A stretch of DNA of 64,000 nucleotides. Origin: Actinomycetota bacterium (GTDB taxonomy: Bacteria > Actinomycetota > Actinomycetes > S36-B12 > CAIYMF01). The number at the start of each line of letters is the position of its first letter. The stretch's first letter is position 1. The notes beneath the pieces are model-generated. The model saw only the letters and a list, made by a program, of their open reading frames with translations. It was not told the origin of the DNA and did no database searches. Location: the NCBI GenBank assembly GCA_020161245.1, contig JAIUOK010000020.1, forward strand, positions 4,325-68,324, in the 5' to 3' direction. Shown one piece after another: positions 35,297-44,256 of this stretch. Position numbers and translations under genes: made by a program.

Positions 35297-36745
35297 ATGG
35301 GGGACGACGGACGGCTCGAGCTCGACGAGCTCGGCGGCGTGATCGAGACGGCGCAGCGCCTCGACGCCGCAGCGCCTGACGGCGACCTGCTCGCCGGCGG
35401 CGACGACGCACCGTCCTGGGCCGAGCGCATCCGGGCCAGCGGCGTGTACTTCTGGGCCGAGCGCCACCGCCGGTGGCTCATGGCCGGTGCCGCGGTGGTG
35501 GCTGTCGGCGTCGCCGTGCCAGGCGTCGCCGCCCACAACCGGCTGCCCGACGTCGACCCGACCACCGGCATCGTGGCGCTCGCGGTCGCCAACGATCTCG
35601 ACGGTGCTCCCGCTCCTGCGGTCGACGGCGGCCTGGCGACGGCGGTGTACCAGCTCGAGCAGCACGAGCGCGGGTGGACCGATCCGCAGGTCATCGGCGT
35701 CAGCGGGCCGGGCATCCGGAGCACCGAGGTCGCCGCGGTCCCGGTGGGCAGCGGCATCTTCCCGAAGTTCCGGGTGACCGCCGCGGTCGGCTGCGACCTT
35801 CCGTTCGGCCGCCCGGCCGCTGCACAGTACGTCCTGCACATCAGCGCCACCGACGCCTACGGCCGGGTGGTGCGCGAGGACGTGCCTGCGCCGTCGATGG
35901 AGTACTCCGGGTGGTACGACGCGCTGGGCCAGGCCTGCTGGCAGCGCGTGCCCGACGAGCTCGACGTCGAGATCGGGCGCATCAGCGCGGACCGCGACCG
36001 CGGGCGCATCACCGTCGAGGCGGCCGTGACGACCCCGGCAGCGTACGACGTGTCGGTCACGAGCGCGTGGGCCGACGCCCCGTGGCTGGTGCCGGACATC
36101 GGCGCCGCGGCGCGGGTGCCGGCCGGCGGCACCGCCGACGTCGCGCTGCCGTTCCAGGTGAGCGACTGCCGCACCCCGTTCACCGCGCCGAGGGCCCAGC
36201 AGATCCGCGGCGACGAGGTCGCCATGATCACCGGGCTGTCGGCCTACGTGACGACGGCCGACCAGCGCTTCGGCACGCAGCTCGCCCTGCCGCTCGACAG
36301 CGCGCAGACCGACGCGCTGCAGCGGGCCCACGACGAGGTGTGCCAGGGCATGCCGGCGCTGCGCATCGCCGACGTCGTGGCGAGCACGGGCGAGCCGACC
36401 CCGGACGGCTCCGGTGCCTGGGACATCCCGGTGACCCTGCGGCTCGGCACCTCGACGCCCCGACCGCTGCGCGTGTCGATCGGCGACTCTGGCCTCGATC
36501 CGATCGTCGGCATGGAGAACGCCGCGGTCGTCGGTGCCGACGGGACGGTCACCGCGCGATGGCGCGTCGAGTGCGGCTATGCGCCGTCGCCGCCGGCGCT
36601 GTGGGTGCAGTCGATGTCGAGCGCCCCCACGCCTCAGCGGCTCCGGCTGCCGCTCGGGCCGCTGCGCAGGGCGCTCGTCGCGACGTGCCCGGGCATCCCC
36701 GCGAACGACCTCGGCCTCAACGGCTGGAGCGGCGGCGGGGCCTGA
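35297..36745 (+). CDS. Array paralog 5 (closest to paralog 4)
   Basis: DGRLELDELGGVI, PSWAER, TM, GVSGPGI, TDAYGR, QRFG.QL, CGY.PSPP, TCPG. Confidence 0.87.
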   Translation: MGDDGRLELDELGGVIETAQRLDAAAPDGDLLAGGDDAPSWAERIRASGVYFWAERHRRWLMAGAAVVAVGVAVPGVAAHNRLPDVDPTTGIVALAVANDLDGAPAPAVDGGLATAVYQLEQHERGWTDPQVIGVSGPGIRSTEVAAVPVGSGIFPKFRVTAAVGCDLPFGRPAAAQYVLHISATDAYGRVVREDVPAPSMEYSGWYDALGQACWQRVPDELDVEIGRISADRDRGRITVEAAVTTPAAYDVSVTSAWADAPWLVPDIGAAARVPAGGTADVALPFQVSDCRTPFTAPRAQQIRGDEVAMITGLSAYVTTADQRFGTQLALPLDSAQTDALQRAHDEVCQGMPALRIADVVASTGEPTPDGSGAWDIPVTLRLGTSTPRPLRVSIGDSGLDPIVGMENAAVVGADGTVTARWRVECGYAPSPPALWVQSMSSAPTPQRLRLPLGPLRRALVATCPGIPANDLGLNGWSGGGA

Positions 36746-36799
36746 GGGGATCCGCCGGACCGACGCATCCGCGCGAGTCCAAGATCACCGGAAAGTCAA

Positions 36800-37097
36800 G
36801 GGGCACAGGGGCTTCCGGTTGCCTGCGGATCGGAGTACACAAGAACCACGGGAGCCGGCCGAAGGGGCCGACCACTGCACGGAAGGCGACCGGAGAAGTC
36901 CGGGCCCGACGAGCGACGGGCCCACACGAGTACTGAGCACGGCACCACCTCGGGATACCCACGCTGCGGTCACCCTCGTAACGGGCGTCACGGCCGGGAG
37001 AGCTCGCAGAAGCACCCGACCGGACGGAACTCACAGCGCACTGATCGCCCGGGAGCCGTGCCCGCGACGGCGCCCCTGCTAGCGGGGCGCCGTTCGC
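36800..37097 (+). ncRNA. Probable Ms1/MTS2823/scr3559-type RNA (boundaries approximate)
   Basis: About 300-nt A-enriched non-coding stretch ending in a strong hairpin, directly convergent on the Fic-like gene and downstream of the HAD gene; this is the known Ms1 syntenic position. Confidence 0.6.
37064..37097. terminator. Hairpin shared by the ncRNA and the convergent Fic-like gene
   Basis: ACGGCGCCCC / GGGGCGCCGT stem with 7-nt loop. Confidence 0.7.
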
Positions 37098-37127
37098 TGT
37101 GCGGGCCGCTCCGGCACGGCACCGGCG

Positions 37128-37928
37128 TCAGGCCAGATCCGCGACGATCCGCTGCGACTCCTGCGCCCCCACCCGCACCGTCTCCGCGTGCAGCACGATC
37201 CACTGCGCCACGCCCTCCGGCGTGCCCGTCGCGTAGGCCTTGAGCGCATCGGCGTAGCGCGAGCGGCCCGCGGCGTAGAGACCGGCCTCGGGGACGGTCA
37301 GCCCGTCGGGGTCGACCCCGCGCGCGGCCAGTACGAGCCGCGTGGTGGCACGGGCCACCAGTCCGCTCCCCCAGGCGAACGGGCGCAGCACCGCCACCTC
37401 GGCGTGGGCGATGGCCGCGACCACCAGGGCCGGCGCGGCCGACTGCGCCGTGAGGACGCCGGCGAGCGCAGCCATCCGGCGCGACGCCTCGGCGTGGTCC
37501 GGGACAGGTCCGAGGCGCAGCGGGTCGTCGGCCCGCTCGTCCGCGCGGGGCCGCCCGCGCTGGTCGTCGTCGACGAAGCCCGTGGAGGCCACGGCATGCA
37601 GCGTCGAGAGCGCCTGCAGCGGGGCCCGTCCCAGCACGTCGACCTGCCGCGGGATCTCCGCCTGGACCGCGAGAGCCGACGCGACCACGCGGCCCATCGG
37701 CGACCCGTCCAGCGCGTCGCCGGACACCAGCGCGTCGGGCCGCACCTCGGCGCCGTCGATGGCTGCCGACGCCCAGCCCCCGCGCAGCCGCGAGGCCGCG
37801 ACCACCTCCCCCGCGCGGGCCCGCACGCCGCGGTCCCACAGCACGGCGTCGACGGCCGACCGTGCGGCGTCGACGGCCTCCTGGACGCCGGGCAGGCCGG
37901 CGAGCGGCTCGAGCACGTCCTGGGGCAT
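37128..37928 (-). CDS. Fic-like protein (Rv3662c/SCO3559-like)
   Basis: Degenerate Fic motif HAE....RPF..GSGLVAR; TAGCGT 6 nt before ATG. Confidence 0.75.
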   Translation of the reverse strand: MPQDVLEPLAGLPGVQEAVDAARSAVDAVLWDRGVRARAGEVVAASRLRGGWASAAIDGAEVRPDALVSGDALDGSPMGRVVASALAVQAEIPRQVDVLGRAPLQALSTLHAVASTGFVDDDQRGRPRADERADDPLRLGPVPDHAEASRRMAALAGVLTAQSAAPALVVAAIAHAEVAVLRPFAWGSGLVARATTRLVLAARGVDPDGLTVPEAGLYAAGRSRYADALKAYATGTPEGVAQWIVLHAETVRVGAQESQRIVADLA

Positions 37929-37995
37929 GCCGCCACGCTACGGCGCGCGGCTCCGCCGGGCCGCGCCAGGGCGGGGCGCGGGCTAGCGTGCGCGC

Positions 37996-39141
37996 ATGAC
38001 CCCCGCGCTCGTCGCCGCGCTCGTGGTCGCGGTCGTGGCCGTGGCGCTCGTCGCCGTGCGCCTGCTGCGCCGCCGCGACCTCGGCACCGAGGCCGACCGG
38101 GCCACGTTCGAGACGCTGCACCGAGCGTCGCTCGCGGCGCCCGCGCTGCGCGAGGGCCTCACCGAGGACGCCGTCGGCCGGGCGGCCAAGCACGTGCGCG
38201 CCCTGCTCGGGTCGGCGGGCGTCGTGCTCACGAGCACCGAACGCGTGCTGGGCGGCGACGGCGCCGGCACCGACGTCCTCGTGCTCGACGACGTCGCCGA
38301 GGTCCTCGAGAACGGTCACGCGGTCGTGGTGCCGCAGGTCGGCCCACTGGGCCACCAGGCCATCGTGGCGCCGCTGGTGGTCGACGACCTCGTCGTCGGC
38401 ACGCTCGTGTGCGTCGCCGACCACGCGACCGCCAACCTCGTGCGGGCCACCACCGAGGTCGCGCGCTGGGTGTCGAGCCAGCTCGAGCTCGCCGAGCTCG
38501 ACGCCTCGCGCACGCGGCTCGCCGAGGCCGAGGTGCGGGCCCTGCGGGCGCAGATCTCGCCCCACTTCATCTACAACGCGCTCAACGCCATCGCGTCCTA
38601 CGTGCGCACCGACCCGGAGCACGCGCGCGAGCTGCTGCTCGAGTTCGCCGACTTCACCCGCTACTCCTTCCGGCGGCACGGCGAGTTCACGACGCTCGCC
38701 GAGGAGCTGCGCTCGATCGACCGCTACCTCACCCTCGAGCGCGCCCGGTTCGGCGAGCGGCTGCAGGTCACCGTCCGCGTGGCGCCCGAGGTGCTGCCCG
38801 TGACAGTCCCGTACCTGTGCCTTCAGCCGCTGGTGGAGAACGCCGTGCGCCACGGGCTCGAGCGCAAGGCCGGCCCCGGACGCATCACGATCCTGGCCGA
38901 GGACGACGGCGCCGAGTGCGCCATCTCGGTCGAGGACGACGGCGTCGGCGCCGACCCTGAGCAGATCCGCCGCGCGATGACCGGTGAGGGCGACGCCGAC
39001 TCCATCGGCGTGGGCAACGTCGACGAGCGCCTCCGCCAGGTGTTCGGCGACGAGTACGGTCTGGTCGTCGAGACCGCCCCCGGCCTGGGCACCAAGGTGT
39101 CCATGCGCGTCCCGAAGTACGCCCCAGGAGTCCACGTATGA
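37996..39141 (+). CDS. LytS/YehU-family sensor histidine kinase
   Basis: LRAQISPHFIYNALN, LQPLVENAVRHG, DDGVG, G.G..NV..RL. Confidence 0.92.
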   Translation: MTPALVAALVVAVVAVALVAVRLLRRRDLGTEADRATFETLHRASLAAPALREGLTEDAVGRAAKHVRALLGSAGVVLTSTERVLGGDGAGTDVLVLDDVAEVLENGHAVVVPQVGPLGHQAIVAPLVVDDLVVGTLVCVADHATANLVRATTEVARWVSSQLELAELDASRTRLAEAEVRALRAQISPHFIYNALNAIASYVRTDPEHARELLLEFADFTRYSFRRHGEFTTLAEELRSIDRYLTLERARFGERLQVTVRVAPEVLPVTVPYLCLQPLVENAVRHGLERKAGPGRITILAEDDGAECAISVEDDGVGADPEQIRRAMTGEGDADSIGVGNVDERLRQVFGDEYGLVVETAPGLGTKVSMRVPKYAPGVHV

Positions 39142-39905
39142 GCGAGCCCGCGGCCACCGCCGGCCTGCGCGTGCTGGCCGTCGACGACGAGGCGCCGGCC
39201 CGCGCAGAGCTGTCGTACCTGCTCGGCCGCGACGAGCGCGTCGGCCACGTCGACACGGCGGGCGACGGCGCGGAGGCCCTGCGCCTCATCGAGTCCGGCG
39301 TCTACGACGCCCTGTTCGTCGACATCCGCATGCCCGGCCTCGACGGGCTCGACCTCGCCCGCATCCTGCGCCGCTTCACCGAGCCGCCCGCGGTCGTGTT
39401 CGTCTCGGCGTACGACCAGCACGCGGTCGAGGCGTTCGACCTGCGCGCGGTCGACTACGTGATGAAGCCCGTCCGCGAGGAGCGGCTGGCCGAGGCCGTC
39501 GGCCGCGTGATCGAGGGCCGCGCGCGCTCCGCCCCGGCGGCAGCGCCGCCGGCCCCGGCCGACGACGACGAGACGATCGCCGTCGAGCTCGGCGGCGTGA
39601 CGCGCTTCGTGAAGCGCTCGGACGTCCGGTACGTCGAGGCGCACGGCGACTACGCGCGCCTCGTCACCGACGACGGGCGGCACCTCGTGCGGGTGTCGCT
39701 GGCGCTGCTCGAGGAGCAGTGGTCGTCGGCCGGGTTCGTGAGGATCCACCGCCGCTGGCTGGTGCCGCTGCGGGCCATCGACGAGGTGCGCAACGACGGC
39801 GGGCGGATGAGCGTGCGCGTGGGCGACGCCGTCCTCCAGGTGTCGCGCCGCCACACCCGCGAGCTGCGCGACACCCTCGTGCGCAGCGCGCGCCCGGGGC
39901 GCTGA
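39138..39905 (+). CDS. LytTR-family response regulator
   Basis: AVDDE, FVDIRMP, KP; C-terminal FVRIHR..LV, VSRR. Confidence 0.93.
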   Translation: MSEPAATAGLRVLAVDDEAPARAELSYLLGRDERVGHVDTAGDGAEALRLIESGVYDALFVDIRMPGLDGLDLARILRRFTEPPAVVFVSAYDQHAVEAFDLRAVDYVMKPVREERLAEAVGRVIEGRARSAPAAAPPAPADDDETIAVELGGVTRFVKRSDVRYVEAHGDYARLVTDDGRHLVRVSLALLEEQWSSAGFVRIHRRWLVPLRAIDEVRNDGGRMSVRVGDAVLQVSRRHTRELRDTLVRSARPGR

Positions 39906-39908
39906 GGC

Positions 39909-40286
39909 GTGGACGAGAAGCCGCAGCGCCGGGTCGCGATCACGCATCCGCGCACCGCTGCGGCCCGCTCGGCGGCCAAGCGCGGCGTCCGCCGCGACGT
40001 CAACGACAGCACGGCGCTGGGCGTGACGATGATCCGCTCGCTGCGGCGCGCGCAGCTGCGGCTCGCGGTGATCGTCGGCGTCGGGCTGCTCGTCGTCCTC
40101 GGCGGGATCCCCCTGCTGTTCCTGCTCGACCCTCCGCTGCGCGAGGCGCGCGTGGGCGGGCTCGCCGTCGGCTGGATCCTGCTCGGCGTGCTGGTCTTCC
40201 CGGCCATCTGGCTCACCGCGTGGTGGTACGTACGGGCGGCGGAGCGCAACGAGACGCAGTTCGTCGACCTGGTCGAGAGGTCGTGA
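39909..40286 (+). CDS. Small membrane protein (DUF485-like symporter partner)
   Basis: Two TM segments, YVR.AERNE motif, abuts the symporter gene. Confidence 0.7.
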   Translation: MDEKPQRRVAITHPRTAAARSAAKRGVRRDVNDSTALGVTMIRSLRRAQLRLAVIVGVGLLVVLGGIPLLFLLDPPLREARVGGLAVGWILLGVLVFPAIWLTAWWYVRAAERNETQFVDLVERS

Positions 40287-40287
40287 C

Positions 40288-41793
40288 GTGACGTCGTGGT
40301 GGCCGCTGCTGGCCATCCTCGGCGTGGTCGGGGCGACGTTCGCGATCGGCCTGTTCGGCGTCCGGGTGTCGCGCACGACGTCGGACTTCCTCGTCGCGTC
40401 CCGGTCGGTCAGCCCCACGCTCAACGCGTCCGCCATCGGCGGCGAGTACCTGTCGGCGGCGTCGTTCCTCGGCATCGCCGGCCTGGTGCTCTCCTACGGC
40501 GTCGACATGCTCTGGTTCCCCGTCGGGTACACCGTCGGCTACCTCGTGCTGCTCATCCTGGTCGCGGCCCCGCTGCGGCGGAGCGGGGCGTACACGCTGC
40601 CCGACTTCGCCGAGATGCGGACGCGCTCGCGCAGGGTGCGGTACGCCTCGTCGATCCTCGTCGTGCTCATCGGCTGGCTCTACCTGCTCCCGCAGCTGCA
40701 GGGTGCCGGCATCACGTTGCGCGCGCTCACCGGCGCCCCCGTCTGGGCCGGCGCCGTCGTGGTGGCCGTCGTCGTCGGGATCACGGTGGCCACTGGCGGG
40801 ATGCGCTCCATCACCGTCGTGCAGGCGTTCCAGTACTGGCTCAAGCTGTTCGCGATCGCGCTGCCCGCCGTGCTGCTGGTGGCGGCGTGGTACCGCGACG
40901 GCACGCCGGTGTTCACCGAGGGTGGCTGGGGCGATCCGCTCTCGGGCTACGGCGAGCGCGAGTACCCGCTCTACACGACGTACTCGATCGTGCTCGCGAC
41001 GTTCCTCGGCACGATGGGCCTGCCGCACGTGCTGGTGCGCTTCTACACCAACCCCGACGGCCGGGCAGCCCGCCGCACCGTCCTCGCGGTGCTCGCTCTG
41101 CTGAGCGTGTTCTACCTGTTCCCGCCGGTGTTCGGCGCTCTCGGCCGCATCTACACGCCCGAGCTCGCGGGCACCGACGCCGCCGACACGGTGGTGCTCG
41201 TGCTGCCCTCCGTGGTGTTCGACGGGTGGCTCGGCGACGCGCTGTCGGCGCTCGTCGCGGCCGGCGCGTTCGCCGCGTTCCTGTCGACCGCGAGCGGGCT
41301 GTGCGTGTCCGTGGCCGGCGTGCTCTCGCAGGACCTGCTGCGCCACGAGGGCCGTCTCGGCGACGGCGTCAGCCGGTTCCGGCTCGGCACGGCCATCGCC
41401 ATCGCCGTGCCCTTCCTGCTCGCTCTGGTGGCCGGTCGCGCCAACCTCGCGCAGACCGTCACGCTCGCGTTCGCGGTGGCGGCGTCGACGTTCTGCCCGC
41501 TGCTCGTGCTGGGCATCTGGTGGCCGCGCCTGACCGAGAAGGGCGCGCTCGCGGGCCTGCTCGTCGGCGGCGGCGCCGCTCTCGCGGCCGTCGTCGCGGT
41601 GCTCGCCGCCGGCCCGTTCACCGGCGTCGTCGGCGCCCTGCTCGGCCAGCCCGCGGCCTGGACCGTCCCGCTCGCCTTCGCCACCAGCGTGCTGGTCTCG
41701 CTGCGCACGGGCGACCGGTCGCAGCGCCTCGTCAGCGACGCCGCCATGGCGCGCCTGCACGGCCCCGAGGAGATCCAGGCCCGTCGCGCCTGA
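40288..41793 (+). CDS. Sodium:solute symporter (cation/acetate symporter family), copy 1
   Basis: GEYLSAASFLG, GTMGLPHVLVRFYT, AASTF.P. Confidence 0.9.
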   Translation: MTSWWPLLAILGVVGATFAIGLFGVRVSRTTSDFLVASRSVSPTLNASAIGGEYLSAASFLGIAGLVLSYGVDMLWFPVGYTVGYLVLLILVAAPLRRSGAYTLPDFAEMRTRSRRVRYASSILVVLIGWLYLLPQLQGAGITLRALTGAPVWAGAVVVAVVVGITVATGGMRSITVVQAFQYWLKLFAIALPAVLLVAAWYRDGTPVFTEGGWGDPLSGYGEREYPLYTTYSIVLATFLGTMGLPHVLVRFYTNPDGRAARRTVLAVLALLSVFYLFPPVFGALGRIYTPELAGTDAADTVVLVLPSVVFDGWLGDALSALVAAGAFAAFLSTASGLCVSVAGVLSQDLLRHEGRLGDGVSRFRLGTAIAIAVPFLLALVAGRANLAQTVTLAFAVAASTFCPLLVLGIWWPRLTEKGALAGLLVGGGAALAAVVAVLAAGPFTGVVGALLGQPAAWTVPLAFATSVLVSLRTGDRSQRLVSDAAMARLHGPEEIQARRA

Positions 41794-41806
41794 GCACCTC
41801 CCGGCG

Positions 41807-41870
41807 GCGAGTAACTGGCGTTGTCATCGGTTTCGGGCCCGCAGAACCGATAACGACACCAGTTACTCGC
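41807..41870. repeat. 64-bp palindromic dispersed repeat, copy 2
   Basis: GCGAGTAACTGGCGTTGTCATCGGT...ACCGATAACGACACCAGTTACTCGC; same family as 7744-7805. Confidence 0.85.
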
Positions 41871-42010
41871 GGCATCGGGTCGCGGACGGGGTCGACCGGT
41901 GGGCGTACGTGGCGGACCGTTCGGCGCACGGCGAGCGGCGGGCCGGGGCCTCTCGGCTCCCCCTCGCGACCGCCCGTCGCGCCGGGCGGCCGACCCCCTC
42001 GCGCCGCGGT

Positions 42011-42054
42011 TGTGACCGCGCCCACACTCCTCCCCGCCGGGTGACTCAGGTCAC
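42011..42054. promoter_or_regulatory. Two CRP/GlxR-like boxes upstream of DUF485-actP-acs
   Basis: TGTGA-N6-CCACA (42011-26) and GTGA-N6-TCAC (42041-54). Confidence 0.6.
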
Positions 42055-42090
42055 AGCGGCACTCCGAGACCCGACCCGAGGAGTACCACC

Positions 42091-42492
42091 GTGAGTACTG
42101 CGGACACCTCCCACGACGACCCCTACCTGGTGGTCGAGCGGAGCCCGAAGTTCCGTGACCTGCGCAGCCGCTACCGCCGTTTCATCTTCCCGATGGGCGC
42201 CCTGTTCCTGGGCTGGTACCTGCTGTTCATCTACTGCGCCGGCTGGCAGCGCGAGTGGATGGGGACCCAGGTCTGGGGCTCCATCACCATCGGCTACGTC
42301 TTCGCGCTGCTCCAGTTCGTGACGACGTTCCTCATCGCGTGGGCCTACACGCGCTACGCCGACAACAACATCGACCCCGAGGCCATCGAGCTCAAGGAGG
42401 AGGTCGAGCGTCTGGACGCCGCCCGCGGCGCGCACCCGACGCACACCTCCGACGAGGAGCTCGAGCAGGCCGACCTCAGCACGGGAGCCTGA
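42091..42492 (+). CDS. DUF485 family membrane protein
   Basis: F..LR...RRF..P, G...GS.TIG, Y..YAD...DP. Confidence 0.85.
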   Translation: MSTADTSHDDPYLVVERSPKFRDLRSRYRRFIFPMGALFLGWYLLFIYCAGWQREWMGTQVWGSITIGYVFALLQFVTTFLIAWAYTRYADNNIDPEAIELKEEVERLDAARGAHPTHTSDEELEQADLSTGA

Positions 42493-42493
42493 C

Positions 42494-44092
42494 GTGACGA
42501 CTCTTGCCGCCATCACCAGCGACTCGCAGCGCATCCTCGCGATCGTGCTGTTCCTCGCCTTCGTCGGCCTGACCCTGGGCATCACGGTCTACATGGGCCG
42601 CCGCACGAAGAGCGCGGAGGACTTCTACGCTGCCGGCCGCTCCATCGGCGGCATCCAGAACGGCATCGCGATCTCCGGCGACTACATGTCGGCGGCGTCG
42701 TTCCTCGGCATCGCCGGGCTGATCGCCCTGTTCGGCTACGACGGCTTCGTCTACTCCGTCGGCTTCCTCGTGGCCTACCTCGTGGTGCTGCTGTTCGTGG
42801 CCGAGCCGCTGCGCAACTCGGGCAAGTTCACGATGGCCGACGTGCTGGCCTACCGCCTGCGCCAGCGCCCGGTGCGCATCGCCGCGAGCATCAGCACCCT
42901 GACGATCTCGCTGTTCTACCTGCTGGCCCAGATGGCCGGCGCCGGCGGGCTCGTGTCGCTGCTGCTCGGCATCACCTCCGACGTCGGCAAGAGCCTCACG
43001 ATCGCTGCGGTCGGCGCGCTCATGATCCTCTACGTGATCATCGGCGGCATGAAGGCCACCACGTGGGTGCAGATCATCAAGGCGCTGCTGCTCATGGGCG
43101 GCACGATCCTGATCTCGGTCCTGGTCCTGCTGCACTTCAACTTCAACGTCTCGAACATGCTCTCGGCGGCCCAGGAGGCCAGCGGCAACCCGAACTTCCT
43201 GGCCCCCGGCAACAAGTACAAGGACCCGGTCGACCTGCTCTCGCTGGGCCTGGCCCTCGTGCTCGGCACCGCCGGCCTGCCGCACATCCTGACCCGCTTC
43301 TACACGGTCCCGACCGCCCGCGCCGCGCGCACCTCGGTCAACTGGGCCATCGGCATCATCGGCGCCTTCTACATCATGACCACGTTCCTCGGCTTCGGCG
43401 CCGCGGCCCTGGTCGGCAGCAAGGCGATCACCGAGGCCGACAAGGGCGGCAACTCCGCGGCCCCGCTGCTGGCTCAGTTCCTCGGCGGCGGCGCGGGCTC
43501 GATCGGCGGCGTCGTGCTGATGTCGGTCATCTCCGCGGTCGCGTTCGCCACGATCCTCGCGGTCGTCGCCGGCCTCACGCTGGCCTCGAGCTCGTCGTTC
43601 GCCCACGACTTCTACGGCAACGTCGTGAAGAAGGGGAAGGCGACGGGCGCGGAGGAGGTCAAGGTGGCGCGGTTCGCGACCATCGCCATCGGCATCCTCG
43701 CGATCGTGCTCGGCATCCTGGCGCAGAAGCAGAACATCGCGTTCCTCGTGGGCCTGGCCTTCGCGGTGGCGGCGTCGGCGAACCTCCCGACGATCATGTT
43801 CTCGCTGTTCTGGAAGCGCTTCACCACCCGCGGCGCGGTCTGGGGCATCTACGGCGGCCTGGCGATGAGCCTGTTCCTCGTCGTGATCTCCCCGGTCGGC
43901 TGGGGCACCCCGACGTCGCTGTTCTCGACGACGACGCCGGCGCTGTTCCCGCTGTCGAACCCCGGCCTGATCTCCATCCCGTTCGGCTTCTTCTGCGCCT
44001 GGCTCGGCACGATGACCGGCCGTGAGGAGACCAGCGAGGAGAAGTACCCGGAGCTCGAGGTCCGCGCCCTCACCGGCGCCGGCGCCCACTAG
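42494..44092 (+). CDS. actP: Cation/acetate symporter ActP
   Basis: [58 protein letters not shown]; upstream of acs. Confidence 0.88.
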   Translation: MTTLAAITSDSQRILAIVLFLAFVGLTLGITVYMGRRTKSAEDFYAAGRSIGGIQNGIAISGDYMSAASFLGIAGLIALFGYDGFVYSVGFLVAYLVVLLFVAEPLRNSGKFTMADVLAYRLRQRPVRIAASISTLTISLFYLLAQMAGAGGLVSLLLGITSDVGKSLTIAAVGALMILYVIIGGMKATTWVQIIKALLLMGGTILISVLVLLHFNFNVSNMLSAAQEASGNPNFLAPGNKYKDPVDLLSLGLALVLGTAGLPHILTRFYTVPTARAARTSVNWAIGIIGAFYIMTTFLGFGAAALVGSKAITEADKGGNSAAPLLAQFLGGGAGSIGGVVLMSVISAVAFATILAVVAGLTLASSSSFAHDFYGNVVKKGKATGAEEVKVARFATIAIGILAIVLGILAQKQNIAFLVGLAFAVAASANLPTIMFSLFWKRFTTRGAVWGIYGGLAMSLFLVVISPVGWGTPTSLFSTTTPALFPLSNPGLISIPFGFFCAWLGTMTGREETSEEKYPELEVRALTGAGAH

Positions 44093-44104
44093 CAGGCGCC
44101 GCAC

Positions 44105-44138
44105 GGAGGCGCCCCGGCACCACCGCCGGGGCGCCTCC
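44105..44138 (+). terminator. Hairpin between actP and acs
   Basis: 14-bp perfect stem GGAGGCGCCCCGGC / GCCGGGGCGCCTCC. Confidence 0.6.
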
Positions 44139-44256
44139 CCCGTGAGGGGGCGCCGGATCCCCCACTGCAACCCCGGGGCAACCCTGCTTCCGGTAGACAT
44201 GCTTGTCCCGACACCTCACCGGGCCCGCCGGCCCGTACCCCACCCCGAGGAGCGAC

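Noticed and set aside
27200-35850. Very long supplied ORFs (27200-31030 -, 32053-35850 -, 15615-19742 -, 24786-28364 +, 20681-23734 + and others)
   Set aside because: Antisense or off-frame shadows of real genes in ~75% GC DNA. They are Arg/Gly/Pro-rich with no motifs; only the 3' parts of 27200-31030 (ssd) and 15615-19742 (methyltransferase) are real.
29309-36745. Array proteins as Tad minor pilins or lipoproteins
   Set aside because: No G/x-x-x-x-E prepilin cleavage motif and no lipobox; the TM follows a long acidic tail.
36770-37060. CRISPR array or tRNA in the non-coding stretch
   Set aside because: No equal-length direct repeats with spacers, no cas genes, and no cloverleaf or TTCGA arm.
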